Source of the DNA: Terriglobia bacterium
GTDB lineage: Bacteria; Acidobacteriota; Terriglobia; 20CM-2-55-15
Length of the DNA: 64,000 nucleotides
Direction: 5' to 3'
Assembly: GCA_965218585.1 (NCBI GenBank)
Contig: CBDCLE010000017.1
Coordinates: 64,001 to 128,000 of the forward strand
Below are positions 52,120-61,684 of this stretch, in pieces. The position numbers and the translations under genes are program-made. Every line of letters starts with the position of its first letter. Within the stretch, counting starts at the first letter, position 1. A model generated the notes under the pieces. It made no database searches. It was not told where the DNA came from and saw only the letters and a list, made by a program, of their open reading frames with translations.

Positions 52120-52902
52120 TCAGGCAATGCGAAAAGAGCGCATGGATATCGTTTTCTGGAATCCCTCCACGAAACTAACAACGCCTTCGCTCTCGTTTTT
52201 GACGCCAAGAATGTAAAGGAGGGGTAAGAAGTGTTCGTACGTGGGATGGGCTAGCTTGGCCACGTGGCCCATCTGTTGAAAATCGATAATCGCCTGATGG
52301 TTCTCATCGTTGACGTAGGATGTGATCCGCTCATCGAACTCCAGAGCCCAGTCCGGGACCGTATTGTCGGGGTTGCGGCGTTGTCTTGGATTGTGAACGA
52401 CGTTTCCGGAACCGAGTATCATCACGCCTTCCGTTCTCAGTCCCCGCAGTTGTTTCGCCAACTCATAGTGAAACGCTGGGGGCTGGGTATAATCCATGCT
52501 CAGTTGAATGACAGGCACGTCGGCATTCGGAAACATGTGTCGTAGGACGACCCATGTGCCGTGGTCGAAACCCCATTCGGTGTCGGGATTGACGGGAATC
52601 TGCCCACTAAGCATCGCTGTAATTTGTTCTGCGAGTCGCACGTTTCCCGGTGCCGGGTACGTCAGACGATACAGTTCCTCGGGGAAACCATGCATGTCGT
52701 AGGTCATCTTGGGCGTCTGATCAGACGTCACAAGGACGCCACCCCGGGTCAGCCAGTGTGCGGAAATAGATAAGATTGCCTGCGGCCGGGGTATTGAAGC
52801 GCCGAATTCACTCCAACCCCGCGTCCACTCGTTGTCCCAGATCGCGTTCCTTGGTGTGCCGTGACCGATGAAGACGGCGGGCGTCCGTTCAGTGTTCGGC
52901 AT
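52120..52902 (-). CDS. ygiD: 4,5-DOPA extradiol dioxygenase (YgiD/LigB family); 5' end possibly truncated
   Basis: FIGHGTP, SAHW, GFDHGTW, GSGNVVHN and AHPTYEHFLPL. Confidence 0.88.
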   Translation of the reverse strand: MPNTERTPAVFIGHGTPRNAIWDNEWTRGWSEFGASIPRPQAILSISAHWLTRGGVLVTSDQTPKMTYDMHGFPEELYRLTYPAPGNVRLAEQITAMLSGQIPVNPDTEWGFDHGTWVVLRHMFPNADVPVIQLSMDYTQPPAFHYELAKQLRGLRTEGVMILGSGNVVHNPRQRRNPDNTVPDWALEFDERITSYVNDENHQAIIDFQQMGHVAKLAHPTYEHFLPLLYILGVKNESEGVVSFVEGFQKTISMRSFRIA

Positions 52903-53035
52903 GTCGCGCGATTCGTTCCCATCGCTCGGAAGATATTCCAACTGACTCGGGAGATGCTATTGGAAGTGGCTGAGCGATAGCAGGAACCCCGAAAGCGATG
53001 GCCAGAACAGAGGTGGCTATTACTTGGGTCTTCAT
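52889..53035 (-). pseudogene. N-terminal fragment of a secreted beta-lactamase-family serine hydrolase
   Basis: Signal peptide then LPIASPESVGISSERWERI, the usual start of this family; it stops after ~48 aa. Confidence 0.6.
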
Positions 53036-53099
53036 AAGTTCATTCCGTAAAGGCGACCTTTCTATCGGAAGCTGTCTCGAACGACGGCCTTCCCTCTTT

Positions 53100-53549
53100 T
53101 CATTCGCCGATGACCCCGATACATTCAATCTCAACCCGTGCGTTCAAAGCGAGACCGGTCACTCCGACCGCGCTTCTTGCCGGGCGGTCATCGCCGAAGA
53201 AGGTCACATAGACTTCGTTCATCTGCGAAAACTCCGCCATGTCGGCCAGAAAGACCGTACATTTGGCAACGCGCTCCATGGATGAGCCGTAGCGTTCGAG
53301 ACTGGCCTTGATGTTTTCCAGAGCCTGGCCGGTTTCTGCCCCAATACCGCCCGGCGCCAGACCTCCATCTCCCGTGCCCAGCTTGCCGGACACAAAGACA
53401 AGATTCCCGACTCGTACCGCGTCGGAGAACGGTGCACGCCCGCCTGCTGCGGGGAAGAACTCCAGTTCGTTGGACTGTCCTGCTGCGAAAGCGGCAGATA
53501 GCGGAAGTAGCAGCAGTGTGATCATTGTCAGAAGTGCCGTCTTGTACAT
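53100..53549 (-). CDS. RidA/YjgF family protein with signal peptide
   Basis: PFSDAV, VSGKL, MNEVY, PARSAVGV and VEIEC. Confidence 0.9.
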   Translation of the reverse strand: MYKTALLTMITLLLLPLSAAFAAGQSNELEFFPAAGGRAPFSDAVRVGNLVFVSGKLGTGDGGLAPGGIGAETGQALENIKASLERYGSSMERVAKCTVFLADMAEFSQMNEVYVTFFGDDRPARSAVGVTGLALNARVEIECIGVIGE

Positions 53550-53712
53550 AACTCTCCTCTCGCCTCGTTCTCGAAGGCCTGAACCAATTGCCCGCGTCGG
53601 GTGCCGGGTTGCATCGTTTTAGTGTGTCGCCAAAAGGAGTGGCGAAATCCCGGTAAGTCTATCTAGGTCGGTGGGTTGTTGGCAAGAAAAGGGTCAAGTT
53701 CCGATAAACGAT

Positions 53713-53788
53713 GCCGGCTCAAGCGGTCGATGCAACACGAGCGCTAAATCGTTCAGACGGCGTTTGAACCCCGCGTCTGGCGTGGCCG
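53713..53788 (-). mobile_element. IS30-family 3' end remnant
   Basis: With small indels the minus strand reads RPRQTxGFxTPSERFSARVASTA*, like the IS30 transposase C-terminus. It ends in GTGTTGCATCGACCGCTTGAGCCGGC. Confidence 0.6.
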
Positions 53789-53814
53789 CCGTCAGGTGCA
53801 GCCACTTGTTATGC
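53786..53814 (-). other. Left arm of an integron attC-like site
   Basis: GCATAAC (RYYYAAC-like R'' box) followed by AAGTGG-CTGCACCTGAC, ~50 bp after the DUF1801 stop. No right arm is present. Confidence 0.55.
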
Positions 53815-53865
53815 GGCGACCCTGTAACCCCGCAAGCACTACGATTTCCCGATAGCTTCCGTGAA

Positions 53866-54268
53866 CTAGCCAACATCAAGGCGCGCCTTGATGTCCGAGT
53901 ATGCCTCATCGATCAGCCTACATAGCCCCGCGGAATCTCTGACGACTCCGGGCTTCAGCTTCACATGGCGCATATATTTGCCACTGCCCTCCAGCAAGCC
54001 TGCCGGATCCGGCAGCGCCGCGCCATGAAAGAACCCGACGTTTACATGAGCTTTGAATGCATTGACGTAACCGAATGGCGCATCTCCTACGCATGCGACC
54101 GGACAGCCGTCGTGCATGAGTTCCCGAACGTCGTCGCCACTCTCTCGTATGACGTGAAACCATTCCTCGGCAATGGATCCCAATTCGCCTGTCCGTTCCC
54201 TCATCCACGCATCGATGGCGGGATCCCGCTTGACCCCACCGGGGAGCCGAAAGTCCATTCGATTCATG
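53866..54268 (-). CDS. DUF1801 family protein
   Basis: HVNVGFFHGAALPDPAGLLEGSGKYMRHVKL. The start is uncertain (54267 or 54294). Confidence 0.85.
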
Positions 54269-54312
54269 ACGACAACGCCTCGCAGTCGTACCAAGAGCCG
54301 AACTGATGGTTC

Positions 54313-54480
54313 CTACTCGTCTGACGTGGAGGCTTCGTTCAGAATCTGATCCAACGCTACTCTGGGTCCAGAAACATCCCACCCGAAGGGACCCGGCATG
54401 GTCTTGTACCGCACCGTGCCATCCGCCTCGAGAACGTAAATACGATCCGGGAACGCAGCGTAGGCTATCTCCACCGCATT
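54313..54480 (-). pseudogene. C-terminal remnant of an iodothyronine-deiodinase-like thioredoxin-fold protein
   Basis: Manual translation NAVEIAYAAFPDRIYVLEADGTVRYKTMPGPFGWD...*; no in-frame start. Confidence 0.6.
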
Positions 54481-54496
54481 CCATGATTAAAGTGTT

Positions 54497-54521
54497 GTGC
54501 GGTCATAGACCGCACCTCCAG
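54497..54521. repeat. Single REP copy
   Basis: GTGCGGTC-ATA-GACCGCAC-CTCCAG. Confidence 0.65.
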
Positions 54522-54845
54522 AAAATCTCGGTAAGAATACTCAGGGAGGGAGTTAGGTGCTATTAAATTCTCAAGTCCTCGCAAACGACATTCTCGGACG
54601 TTGAGAATTACTTCGGTTCGACCACTTTTCAGTCAATGTTTGCTTGCAGTTGGACACCTAGCAGTCACCGTCTCATAAAGTCCACCATGCCACACCTACA
54701 TGCCGGAGCGTGTCAAACACCATTCCCTTCTGACAATCCTTGTGGGACAGTAGCCCTATCGAGTGCGCTGTAATTGTCCCGCGAGATACTAGGCAAGTGA
54801 ATTGAACTGGCCGGAGCGATCTACGGCATGTGAAGGGAGAAAAAG

Positions 54846-55468
54846 ATGAAGAGCCCTACAATCAAATTCAAGAGTACGGTGTTGGATGAATTGTCGGACC
54901 TGAACATCAGCGAGAGGGAAGCCAAACGGTACATCCGGGATGCAATCCGATGTGCGGAAAGGATCGCCAATCTGGGGTTGAGCCGGGTCGATGCGGTGCG
55001 CAATAACAGGCGGCGGGACGAGAAAGACGCGTGGAGAGATGATTCACACCTCGTGACGTACTTCGGTGATGGGTCATTGACGGTCAATCAGATCAAGGAC
55101 GTCCGCCGCCGCCTGAACCGAGCCCACCGCGACTGTCGGACAAGAGCCTGACGGTCCGCGTGTTTCCGCAGACGGCCGCCTCGTCCGACACTACCAACGC
55201 ACAGAACCTGGGTTCGGTTTGGTCCCCAAAAACGTTCAAGCTGTTCACGCGTTGGTTCCGGAATGGAGAACTCCAGAGAGGGGGGATCATCCTGCACGAA
55301 CTCAACCATGACCTCTTCGGGGATCAGAAGCTGGACGGCGAGACTGTTTACGGCGAGAGACTGGCCAAGGATTTGGCCGCGCAGAAACCCAAGAACGCGC
55401 GTAAAAGCGCGGAGAACTACGAGTGGTGCTGCATGCGGCTACTCCAGTCGACGGGGCGAATAACCTGA
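54846..55468 (+). pseudogene. M35/aspzincin-like zinc metallopeptidase; frameshift ~55130
   Basis: One added base joins the two ORFs. IILHELNH...D...VYG...AKDLA...ARKSAENYEW resembles the lysine-specific metalloendopeptidase signature. Confidence 0.65.
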
Positions 55469-55699
55469 AGGCCGAACCTCAACCGCGGTCAGGAAGTCCT
55501 GCCAATACACGGCTCGAGGGCTACCGTAATTGTTCGAGGTCCGTCGAGAGTTTCAGGCTAGCAGAGGGTGAGCCAAACTCCCCGCACATCGATATCTGTG
55601 CGTTCACGTCACACGAATTCTCTCGATGCCAGGTGAGGCGAAGGTTAGAATCTGCCAATGCTCGGGCCGTCCCGGTCCAGGCGCAAACGAGGTGATGCC

Positions 55700-57151
55700 A
55701 TGGTCAGAACGAAGTCCCTTACGATAATCGCTCTCGTCGGAGCACTCGCGTTGTCTTTCGCCCCGGCTCCGCTTGAGGCGCAGCTACAGAGCCCGAGCCA
55801 GGATCCTGATGTCCAGGGGGCCATCAGGCTCTTCTCCGCTTGGCTCGAGGGTCAGATCGCCTATCGCGGGCTTCCTGGCGTGGTGGTGGGCGTGGTGTCG
55901 GACCAGGAGCTCGTGTGGGCCCAGGGGTTCGGCTTCGCGAACGTTGATGCGAAGCGACCCATGGCGCCGGATACCCGGTTTCGCATGGCGTCGCACAGCA
56001 AGCTGTTCACTGCGACCTCGATCATGCAGTTGCGCGAGCAGGGCCGGCTCAGGCTTGACGACCCGGTGTCGGAGTATCTGCCCTGGTTCCGGGTGCAGTC
56101 GGCCGAACCCGACGATCCGCCGATCACCATCGAGCATCTGCTCACCCACAGCTCGGGCCTTCCGCGCGAGGCAGGATCGCATTGGAGCGACTGGGAGTTT
56201 CCCACCCAAGAGGAGCTGCTAGAGCTCATCCCGAAGCGGGAGGCGCCATTTTCACCCGAGACCCGCTGGAAGTACTCGAACCTGGCGTACACCATCGCCG
56301 GGATGATCATCGAAGAGGTGAGCGGCGACACCTGGGCGGGGTATCTCCAGAACAACATCTTCAATCCGCTCGAGATGTCGGCATCGAGCGTGGACCGCGA
56401 CGTTGCGGGCTTGACCACGGGATACAGCCGTCGCATGCCGGACGGGTCGAGGGAAGTCATTCCTTTCGTCGACGCGCGCGGGATGGCCGCAGCCACCGGC
56501 CTCACGTCCACGGTCGAAGACATGGCGAAGTTCGTCTCGGCCCAGTTCCGGAAGGGGCCAAGGGGTAGCGACCAGATTCTCAGTACCGCTTCTCTGCGGG
56601 AGATGCATCGCGTACGGATGCTCGAGAACACGTGGACCCGGGGGCAGGGGATCGGTTTCGGGGTCAGCCGCGTCGAGGACAAGCTCTACGTGGGGCACGG
56701 GGGCGGCTATCCGGGCCATACGACGAACACCCTGATCCAGCTCGACTCGAAGGTGGGCGTGATCGTCCTGACGAACACGAACGACTCGAATCCGGGGGAC
56801 ATGGCGCGACAGCTCATGGACACGGTGGGCGAAGCCGTTGCCGAAGCGACTGCGACTGAGCCTGCCGAGGTCACGTGGGATCCGGCATGGGAGCGGTTCG
56901 CAGGGCTCTACCGGAGCATCGGCGGGGACACTCAGGTCGTTCTCCTGAACGAGCGCCTGGTGGTGATGACCCCAAACGCGCCCAGCATAAACGATTCGGT
57001 CGGGCTCGAGCCGATAGGCGACGGTCGGTTCCGTTTGACTGCCCCGACCGGAGGTGGGGCGGTCGGCGAAGTGGTCCGGTTCGTCGAGGAGAACGGACAG
57101 GTGGTCCGGATGATCACAGGAGATTCTTACACGGACCGGGTTATGAACTGA
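55700..57151 (+). CDS. Secreted serine hydrolase (beta-lactamase/PBP family)
   Basis: Signal peptide, SHSK (SxxK), LLTHSSG, YSN and HGG. Confidence 0.92.
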   Translation: MVRTKSLTIIALVGALALSFAPAPLEAQLQSPSQDPDVQGAIRLFSAWLEGQIAYRGLPGVVVGVVSDQELVWAQGFGFANVDAKRPMAPDTRFRMASHSKLFTATSIMQLREQGRLRLDDPVSEYLPWFRVQSAEPDDPPITIEHLLTHSSGLPREAGSHWSDWEFPTQEELLELIPKREAPFSPETRWKYSNLAYTIAGMIIEEVSGDTWAGYLQNNIFNPLEMSASSVDRDVAGLTTGYSRRMPDGSREVIPFVDARGMAAATGLTSTVEDMAKFVSAQFRKGPRGSDQILSTASLREMHRVRMLENTWTRGQGIGFGVSRVEDKLYVGHGGGYPGHTTNTLIQLDSKVGVIVLTNTNDSNPGDMARQLMDTVGEAVAEATATEPAEVTWDPAWERFAGLYRSIGGDTQVVLLNERLVVMTPNAPSINDSVGLEPIGDGRFRLTAPTGGGAVGEVVRFVEENGQVVRMITGDSYTDRVMN

Positions 57152-57289
57152 TCGGTCCGCTAAGGGAATTGAGAAATAGCGGTCGCTGCCTGGCTATCGG
57201 GAATTGAACTCGCATCAGGGCACCGGCACGACGCGTTCGAGTCCGGTGAACCAGTGCCCCACAGTGACGAAGACTACGGTAAGGCGCGC

Positions 57290-59710
57290 CTATCGCAAGC
57301 GATCGGCAATCCCCTCCACGGTTGTGACCAGTTCTCGAAATCTGGTCTGTGTGGCGCCACTTCGACCGTCGCCCTCCTGGGCAAGCGCCCCAGCCACTGT
57401 TTCGAGTTGGTCCGCCACCGCGCGGTCGTTCCCCCCACTCGCCAGCGCATTTTCGGCGCCGTCGAGCGCGGCGGTCAGCGCTCCTGCCTGCGCCGCTGAA
57501 ACGACGTTACTTCGGAGGAGCTGGTCCAGATACGCCCGTGCGACCACTGGCTCGGCCGGCCAGGTGTTCCGCCGTTGTGTCTGTGCGTTGACCACAGCAT
57601 CCGGGTCCCTGAGCGATGCCGCTGCTATTTCGTTTTCGGTCAGATAATCGCTGGGGACCAGGGCCAACACATCGAGACCGCGTGCGATTTCGGTGCCATA
57701 GATGAATCCACCGAACCAGTAGGCTGACCAATACCCACCCATGACAAGGTCATCGCCATTGATCGGACCACGGTCAAAAAAGGCGATTTCGACCGGGTTC
57801 GCGGAGTCGGTAAAATCGATGACCGATATGCCTCCCTGGTACCAGGCCTGAACGAAAATGTCCCGACCGGGGACGGGTATGAGCGAGCCATTGTGAGCCA
57901 CACAGTTTTCCTGGTCGCTCTGTGGCGCCGCCATCTTGTAGTGGCTCCGAAACTGCAACCGTCCATTGACGATGTCGTAGATTGCATCCGCACCCCAATC
58001 CAACGGATCGGACGCGCGGCAACGCGGGCGGCCCCCGCCTCCCCATTCATCGGTAAAAAGCACTTTGGTTCCATCGTTGTTGAAAGTCGCGGAGTGCCAG
58101 TAGGCAAAGCCGGGATCGACCACCTGATCCAAACGGACCGGATTCACCGGATCGCTGATATCAAGAAGGATTCCGTTGCCAGAGCAGGCACCGGCGGCCA
58201 GGCCAATCTCGGGGAAAGTCGTGATGTCGTGGCACTGATTGGTCAACCGTGTGGTCTGTGTGCCCTCCCCGTGATCGCCGCCTTCCCACAAACCTGCGAT
58301 AACCCCCGAATTCGGGTCCGAGAATATGCGGGGGCGATTGATGATGCGGGCCTCCGCGGGTCGCGCCACAGGAATCTCGATCACGTCGATACTGAACAGT
58401 GCGGTCTCGGCATCTTCAAAGGGTGATTCGTCTGAACAACCGTCGAGCTCCTCACTGGAACGGACCGAGCCGGTTCCTGACCCATAGACGTAGATGATTC
58501 CTTCATCGTCAGGGTCAGTCACGATGGTATGGGTATGGGAACCCCGGCAGGTCTGAACCGCCCCAACCTGACGAGGCGCTCGCAAGTCGCTGATGTCGAA
58601 GATTCGGATACCCCGGAAGCGATCTTCGCTTTCCGGTTCGGCGACTCCCTCGAGGCCACAGTCGAGCCGCCCCCTGGTTTGCTCGGCCGAATATATCAGG
58701 AGATTTCCGACTACCGACACATCGCCCTGTCCGCCCGGGCATACGACCGAACCAAGCAGCTCGGGTGAACTTGGATTCACGATGTCGTAGGCATTGAATC
58801 CGTGATAATTCCCTGCAATGACGACATCACCTGCAAAGGCCAGGTCACTGTTGGCAAAGTTAAGGAGGCTGGGCCGTACCTGATCCTCTTCTTCGCCGTC
58901 CTCGGCCTCCGCACCCGGCGGTCTACGGGGTACACCCTCGGGGTTTTCCGGATCGAAGAACCCATTCGGCTTGGGAAGGGCGATGACCAGTTCCATGTTC
59001 AGAGAAGCCTGACCCGCATCGTCGAATCCAGCCGCCAGATTGACTCTCGGGTCGGGAGAGAAGCCTGCCAGCATGGCGTTCATGCGGTCGATTTCACTCG
59101 TCTGGTCCGAGGTGATGTCCGATGTAAATGCGAACAGCACCGAGTCCTGTGCCGAGCCTTGTTGATCAAGGAGATTCTCGACCATCGTCAGGGCGCCTGC
59201 GTGATGCTTGATCATGAGTTCAAGAAACAACGAGTCAAACTCAAATCCGTCGGCTTGCTCCAGCTGTTCTAACTCCTCGTTGGTCAGCATTCCCGGCATC
59301 AATCGAAATCCTGGAGCCTGATGAGCATCCTCGGCAGTCACGACGAGGCCCCGGTCACGCAACCAGCCCTGCATCATGTCGATTTCATCCTCCTGCGAGA
59401 GTTCTATGCGCTCGGACAGAAGTTGCATGACTTCGCGGTTACTCCGCTCCTCAACCAGGACAGTCATCTCCAAAGCCTGGGCATGATGGGAGATCATCCC
59501 TTGCATGAACCTCGCGTCGGCCTCGGTAAACTGGATGCTCGCCAGGTCTCCGGCCTCTTCGGCCGAAATCTTCCGGCTCGCTTCCCCGGGTGCACCAGGC
59601 TGAATGATCGGTGCCTGGGCGGAGCTTTCCGTGACGGCGAACAGACCCAGGGCGGTGATGACTGCTATGTGAGCAGCCAGACGAAATACGAAGGACGGCA
59701 GGCAAGTCAT
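57290..59710 (-). CDS. Secreted DUF305 + LVIVD-repeat protein
   Basis: FMQGMISHHAQA / MIKHHAGA (DUF305), then NSDLAF, CPGGQGDVSV, GSHTHT, CHDIT and CVAHNG. The start is uncertain. Confidence 0.88.
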   Translation of the reverse strand: MTCLPSFVFRLAAHIAVITALGLFAVTESSAQAPIIQPGAPGEASRKISAEEAGDLASIQFTEADARFMQGMISHHAQALEMTVLVEERSNREVMQLLSERIELSQEDEIDMMQGWLRDRGLVVTAEDAHQAPGFRLMPGMLTNEELEQLEQADGFEFDSLFLELMIKHHAGALTMVENLLDQQGSAQDSVLFAFTSDITSDQTSEIDRMNAMLAGFSPDPRVNLAAGFDDAGQASLNMELVIALPKPNGFFDPENPEGVPRRPPGAEAEDGEEEDQVRPSLLNFANSDLAFAGDVVIAGNYHGFNAYDIVNPSSPELLGSVVCPGGQGDVSVVGNLLIYSAEQTRGRLDCGLEGVAEPESEDRFRGIRIFDISDLRAPRQVGAVQTCRGSHTHTIVTDPDDEGIIYVYGSGTGSVRSSEELDGCSDESPFEDAETALFSIDVIEIPVARPAEARIINRPRIFSDPNSGVIAGLWEGGDHGEGTQTTRLTNQCHDITTFPEIGLAAGACSGNGILLDISDPVNPVRLDQVVDPGFAYWHSATFNNDGTKVLFTDEWGGGGRPRCRASDPLDWGADAIYDIVNGRLQFRSHYKMAAPQSDQENCVAHNGSLIPVPGRDIFVQAWYQGGISVIDFTDSANPVEIAFFDRGPINGDDLVMGGYWSAYWFGGFIYGTEIARGLDVLALVPSDYLTENEIAAASLRDPDAVVNAQTQRRNTWPAEPVVARAYLDQLLRSNVVSAAQAGALTAALDGAENALASGGNDRAVADQLETVAGALAQEGDGRSGATQTRFRELVTTVEGIADRLR

Positions 59711-59864
59711 AAGGTTCTCTCCAACAGGGTTTTTCATCATGGAATTCTTCGAAAGACGCATTTGCACCGGGGCACCGCGATGTATTGCGATAAATTGCAT
59801 CCCAGTCAAAGATTGAGACAAAGCGTCGGGATCCGGTTCATGTAATCACGAGCCGCCTGGGCTT

Positions 59865-61016
59865 TTAATCGGCCGGTTCCAGGCGAACCACAGACGTCGT
59901 CTCGCCACCGCGATCGTCGATGGCCACGTAGATGTAACCGTCGGGTCCCTGGTGGAGGTCCCGGATACGGCCGTTTCCGTGAAAGAGCGTCTCCTCATGA
60001 ACGACACTCGTGTCTTCGGTGACAAGGCGCGCGATCTGTTCGCCTGCCATACCGCCTGCGAACATGTTCCCTTTCCACTCAGGAAAGCGGTCGCCGGTAT
60101 AAACCATCAGGCCAGAAGTGGCGATTGACGGAACCCAGACATGTACGGGTGACTCCATGCCCTCGCGCCGCGTACCCTCGTGAATCGCCAGGCCGCTCCC
60201 ATAGTTGACGCCGTAACCGATGACCGGCCAACCGTAGTTCAAGCCCCTCTGCACCAGATTGAGTTCGTCGCCACCCTGCGGTCCGTGCTCGGTAATCCAG
60301 ACGTCGCCGGTCTCGGGGTGGACGACCAGCCCCTGAGGATTGCGGTGCCCGTAGCTCCAGATCTCGGGACGTGCGCCGGGGGTATCGACAAAGGGATTGT
60401 CCGACGGAACACGCCCGTCGTCATGCAACCTGACGACCACCCCGTGATGGTTCGAAATGTCCTGGGCGGGATGCGCCATAAGGTCGCCCGTTGCCGGGGC
60501 CTGACGCTCACCAACGGTGATGAAAAGGTAGCCGTCACCGTCGAAAGCAAGCCGCGAACCGTAATGCCCGCGTCCGCGCGATGCGGCCTCGAAAATCTCC
60601 TCGACGTTTGTCAGGCGATCATCTTCGAGGCGGCCGCGCACGACAGCCGTGGTCGACTCACCCTCGGGCAGTGGCTTTGAGAAGCTCAGGTAGAGCATCT
60701 GGTTCGATGCAAAGTCGGGATGGAGCGCTATGTCGAGCAGCCCGCCCTGTCCCTGGGCGAAGACTTCCGGAACACCGGCCACGGGATCGGCAAGGAGTTG
60801 CCCGTACCGGACGATTCGCAGCCGGCCGGGACGTTCGGAGATCAGGATGTCTCCGTCAGCAAGCGCCGCGACCGACCACGGGTTCAAGAGACCCTCCGCC
60901 ACGGTGACGACGCGATAATCGTGGTCGGTTGACCGCATGAGGGGTGATTGGGCAAACGCCTGTGTCACGGCGACGAACACGAAAAGCGTCGCCAGTGCCC
61001 AGAATGTACGACTCAT
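59865..61016 (-). CDS. PQQ-dependent sugar dehydrogenase (YliI/Asd-like)
   Basis: GQGGLLDI, HYGSRL, YGHRNPQG, EHGPQGGDELN and NYGWP. Confidence 0.92.
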   Translation of the reverse strand: MSRTFWALATLFVFVAVTQAFAQSPLMRSTDHDYRVVTVAEGLLNPWSVAALADGDILISERPGRLRIVRYGQLLADPVAGVPEVFAQGQGGLLDIALHPDFASNQMLYLSFSKPLPEGESTTAVVRGRLEDDRLTNVEEIFEAASRGRGHYGSRLAFDGDGYLFITVGERQAPATGDLMAHPAQDISNHHGVVVRLHDDGRVPSDNPFVDTPGARPEIWSYGHRNPQGLVVHPETGDVWITEHGPQGGDELNLVQRGLNYGWPVIGYGVNYGSGLAIHEGTRREGMESPVHVWVPSIATSGLMVYTGDRFPEWKGNMFAGGMAGEQIARLVTEDTSVVHEETLFHGNGRIRDLHQGPDGYIYVAIDDRGGETTSVVRLEPAD

Positions 61017-61242
61017 GAAGATCTCCTTTTGGCCGTTGGGCCTCGTGACTCGGATGGAAGGGACCAAACCTATCCCCTCCAGGGGACTCGCCTACCTTGA
61101 ACTACGCCGGGAGCAAAGCCCCAATAGCTTATATCACCACGAATCTGTTGCAAATCAGGAATCGACCCGGGCCCTCAGATCGTTCTTCGCTTCTCCAGCG
61201 CTGTGTGCGGATGGGAGACACGATGTCGTGGTTCCACAGACT

Positions 61243-61614
61243 TCATACGTGCTGATCAACCAGGATCGGATTTCCGTCCGGGTCCAGGGCGATGAAACTT
61301 GCCGGCCCGGTGGTGGTCTCGTCCGCCTCGGCAAGTAATGGTACGCCTTGCGCCTTCAACTGGCGCTGAAGGTCGCGCACGTCGGTAAACGTAGCGAGTT
61401 CGCCGGCGTTGCTGTCCCAGCCCGGATTAAAGGTCAGCGTATTCTTTTCGAACATGCCCTCGAAGAGACCTATGGCGTGATCACCGTTCTTCAGGATCAG
61501 CCAGTTCTCGGAGGCCTCTCCGGCAAAAACCTTGAAGCCGAATTTTTCGTAGAAAACCTTCGAAGCCTGGAGATCGGTGACGGCCAGGCTGATCGAAAAT
61601 GTGCCGAGTTCCAT
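61243..61614 (-). CDS. VOC/glyoxalase family protein
   Basis: SLAVTDL..S..FYEK and DPDGNPILVDQH. Confidence 0.88.
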   Translation of the reverse strand: MELGTFSISLAVTDLQASKVFYEKFGFKVFAGEASENWLILKNGDHAIGLFEGMFEKNTLTFNPGWDSNAGELATFTDVRDLQRQLKAQGVPLLAEADETTTGPASFIALDPDGNPILVDQHV

Positions 61615-61684
61615 ATGTGCTCCTTAGTTGCGGCCGGCTTGCCGGCCGACACAAGAATCGGTTTGTAGCTATGACAATAGCGAA

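Noticed and set aside
55149-55151. TGA as selenocysteine or readthrough joining the two M35-like ORFs
   Set aside because: The two ORFs are in different frames; a 1-bp deletion near 55130 explains the split.
57215-57262. GTTCGAGTCC resembling a tRNA T-loop
   Set aside because: No T-stem or cloverleaf; it is only a hairpin between convergent genes.
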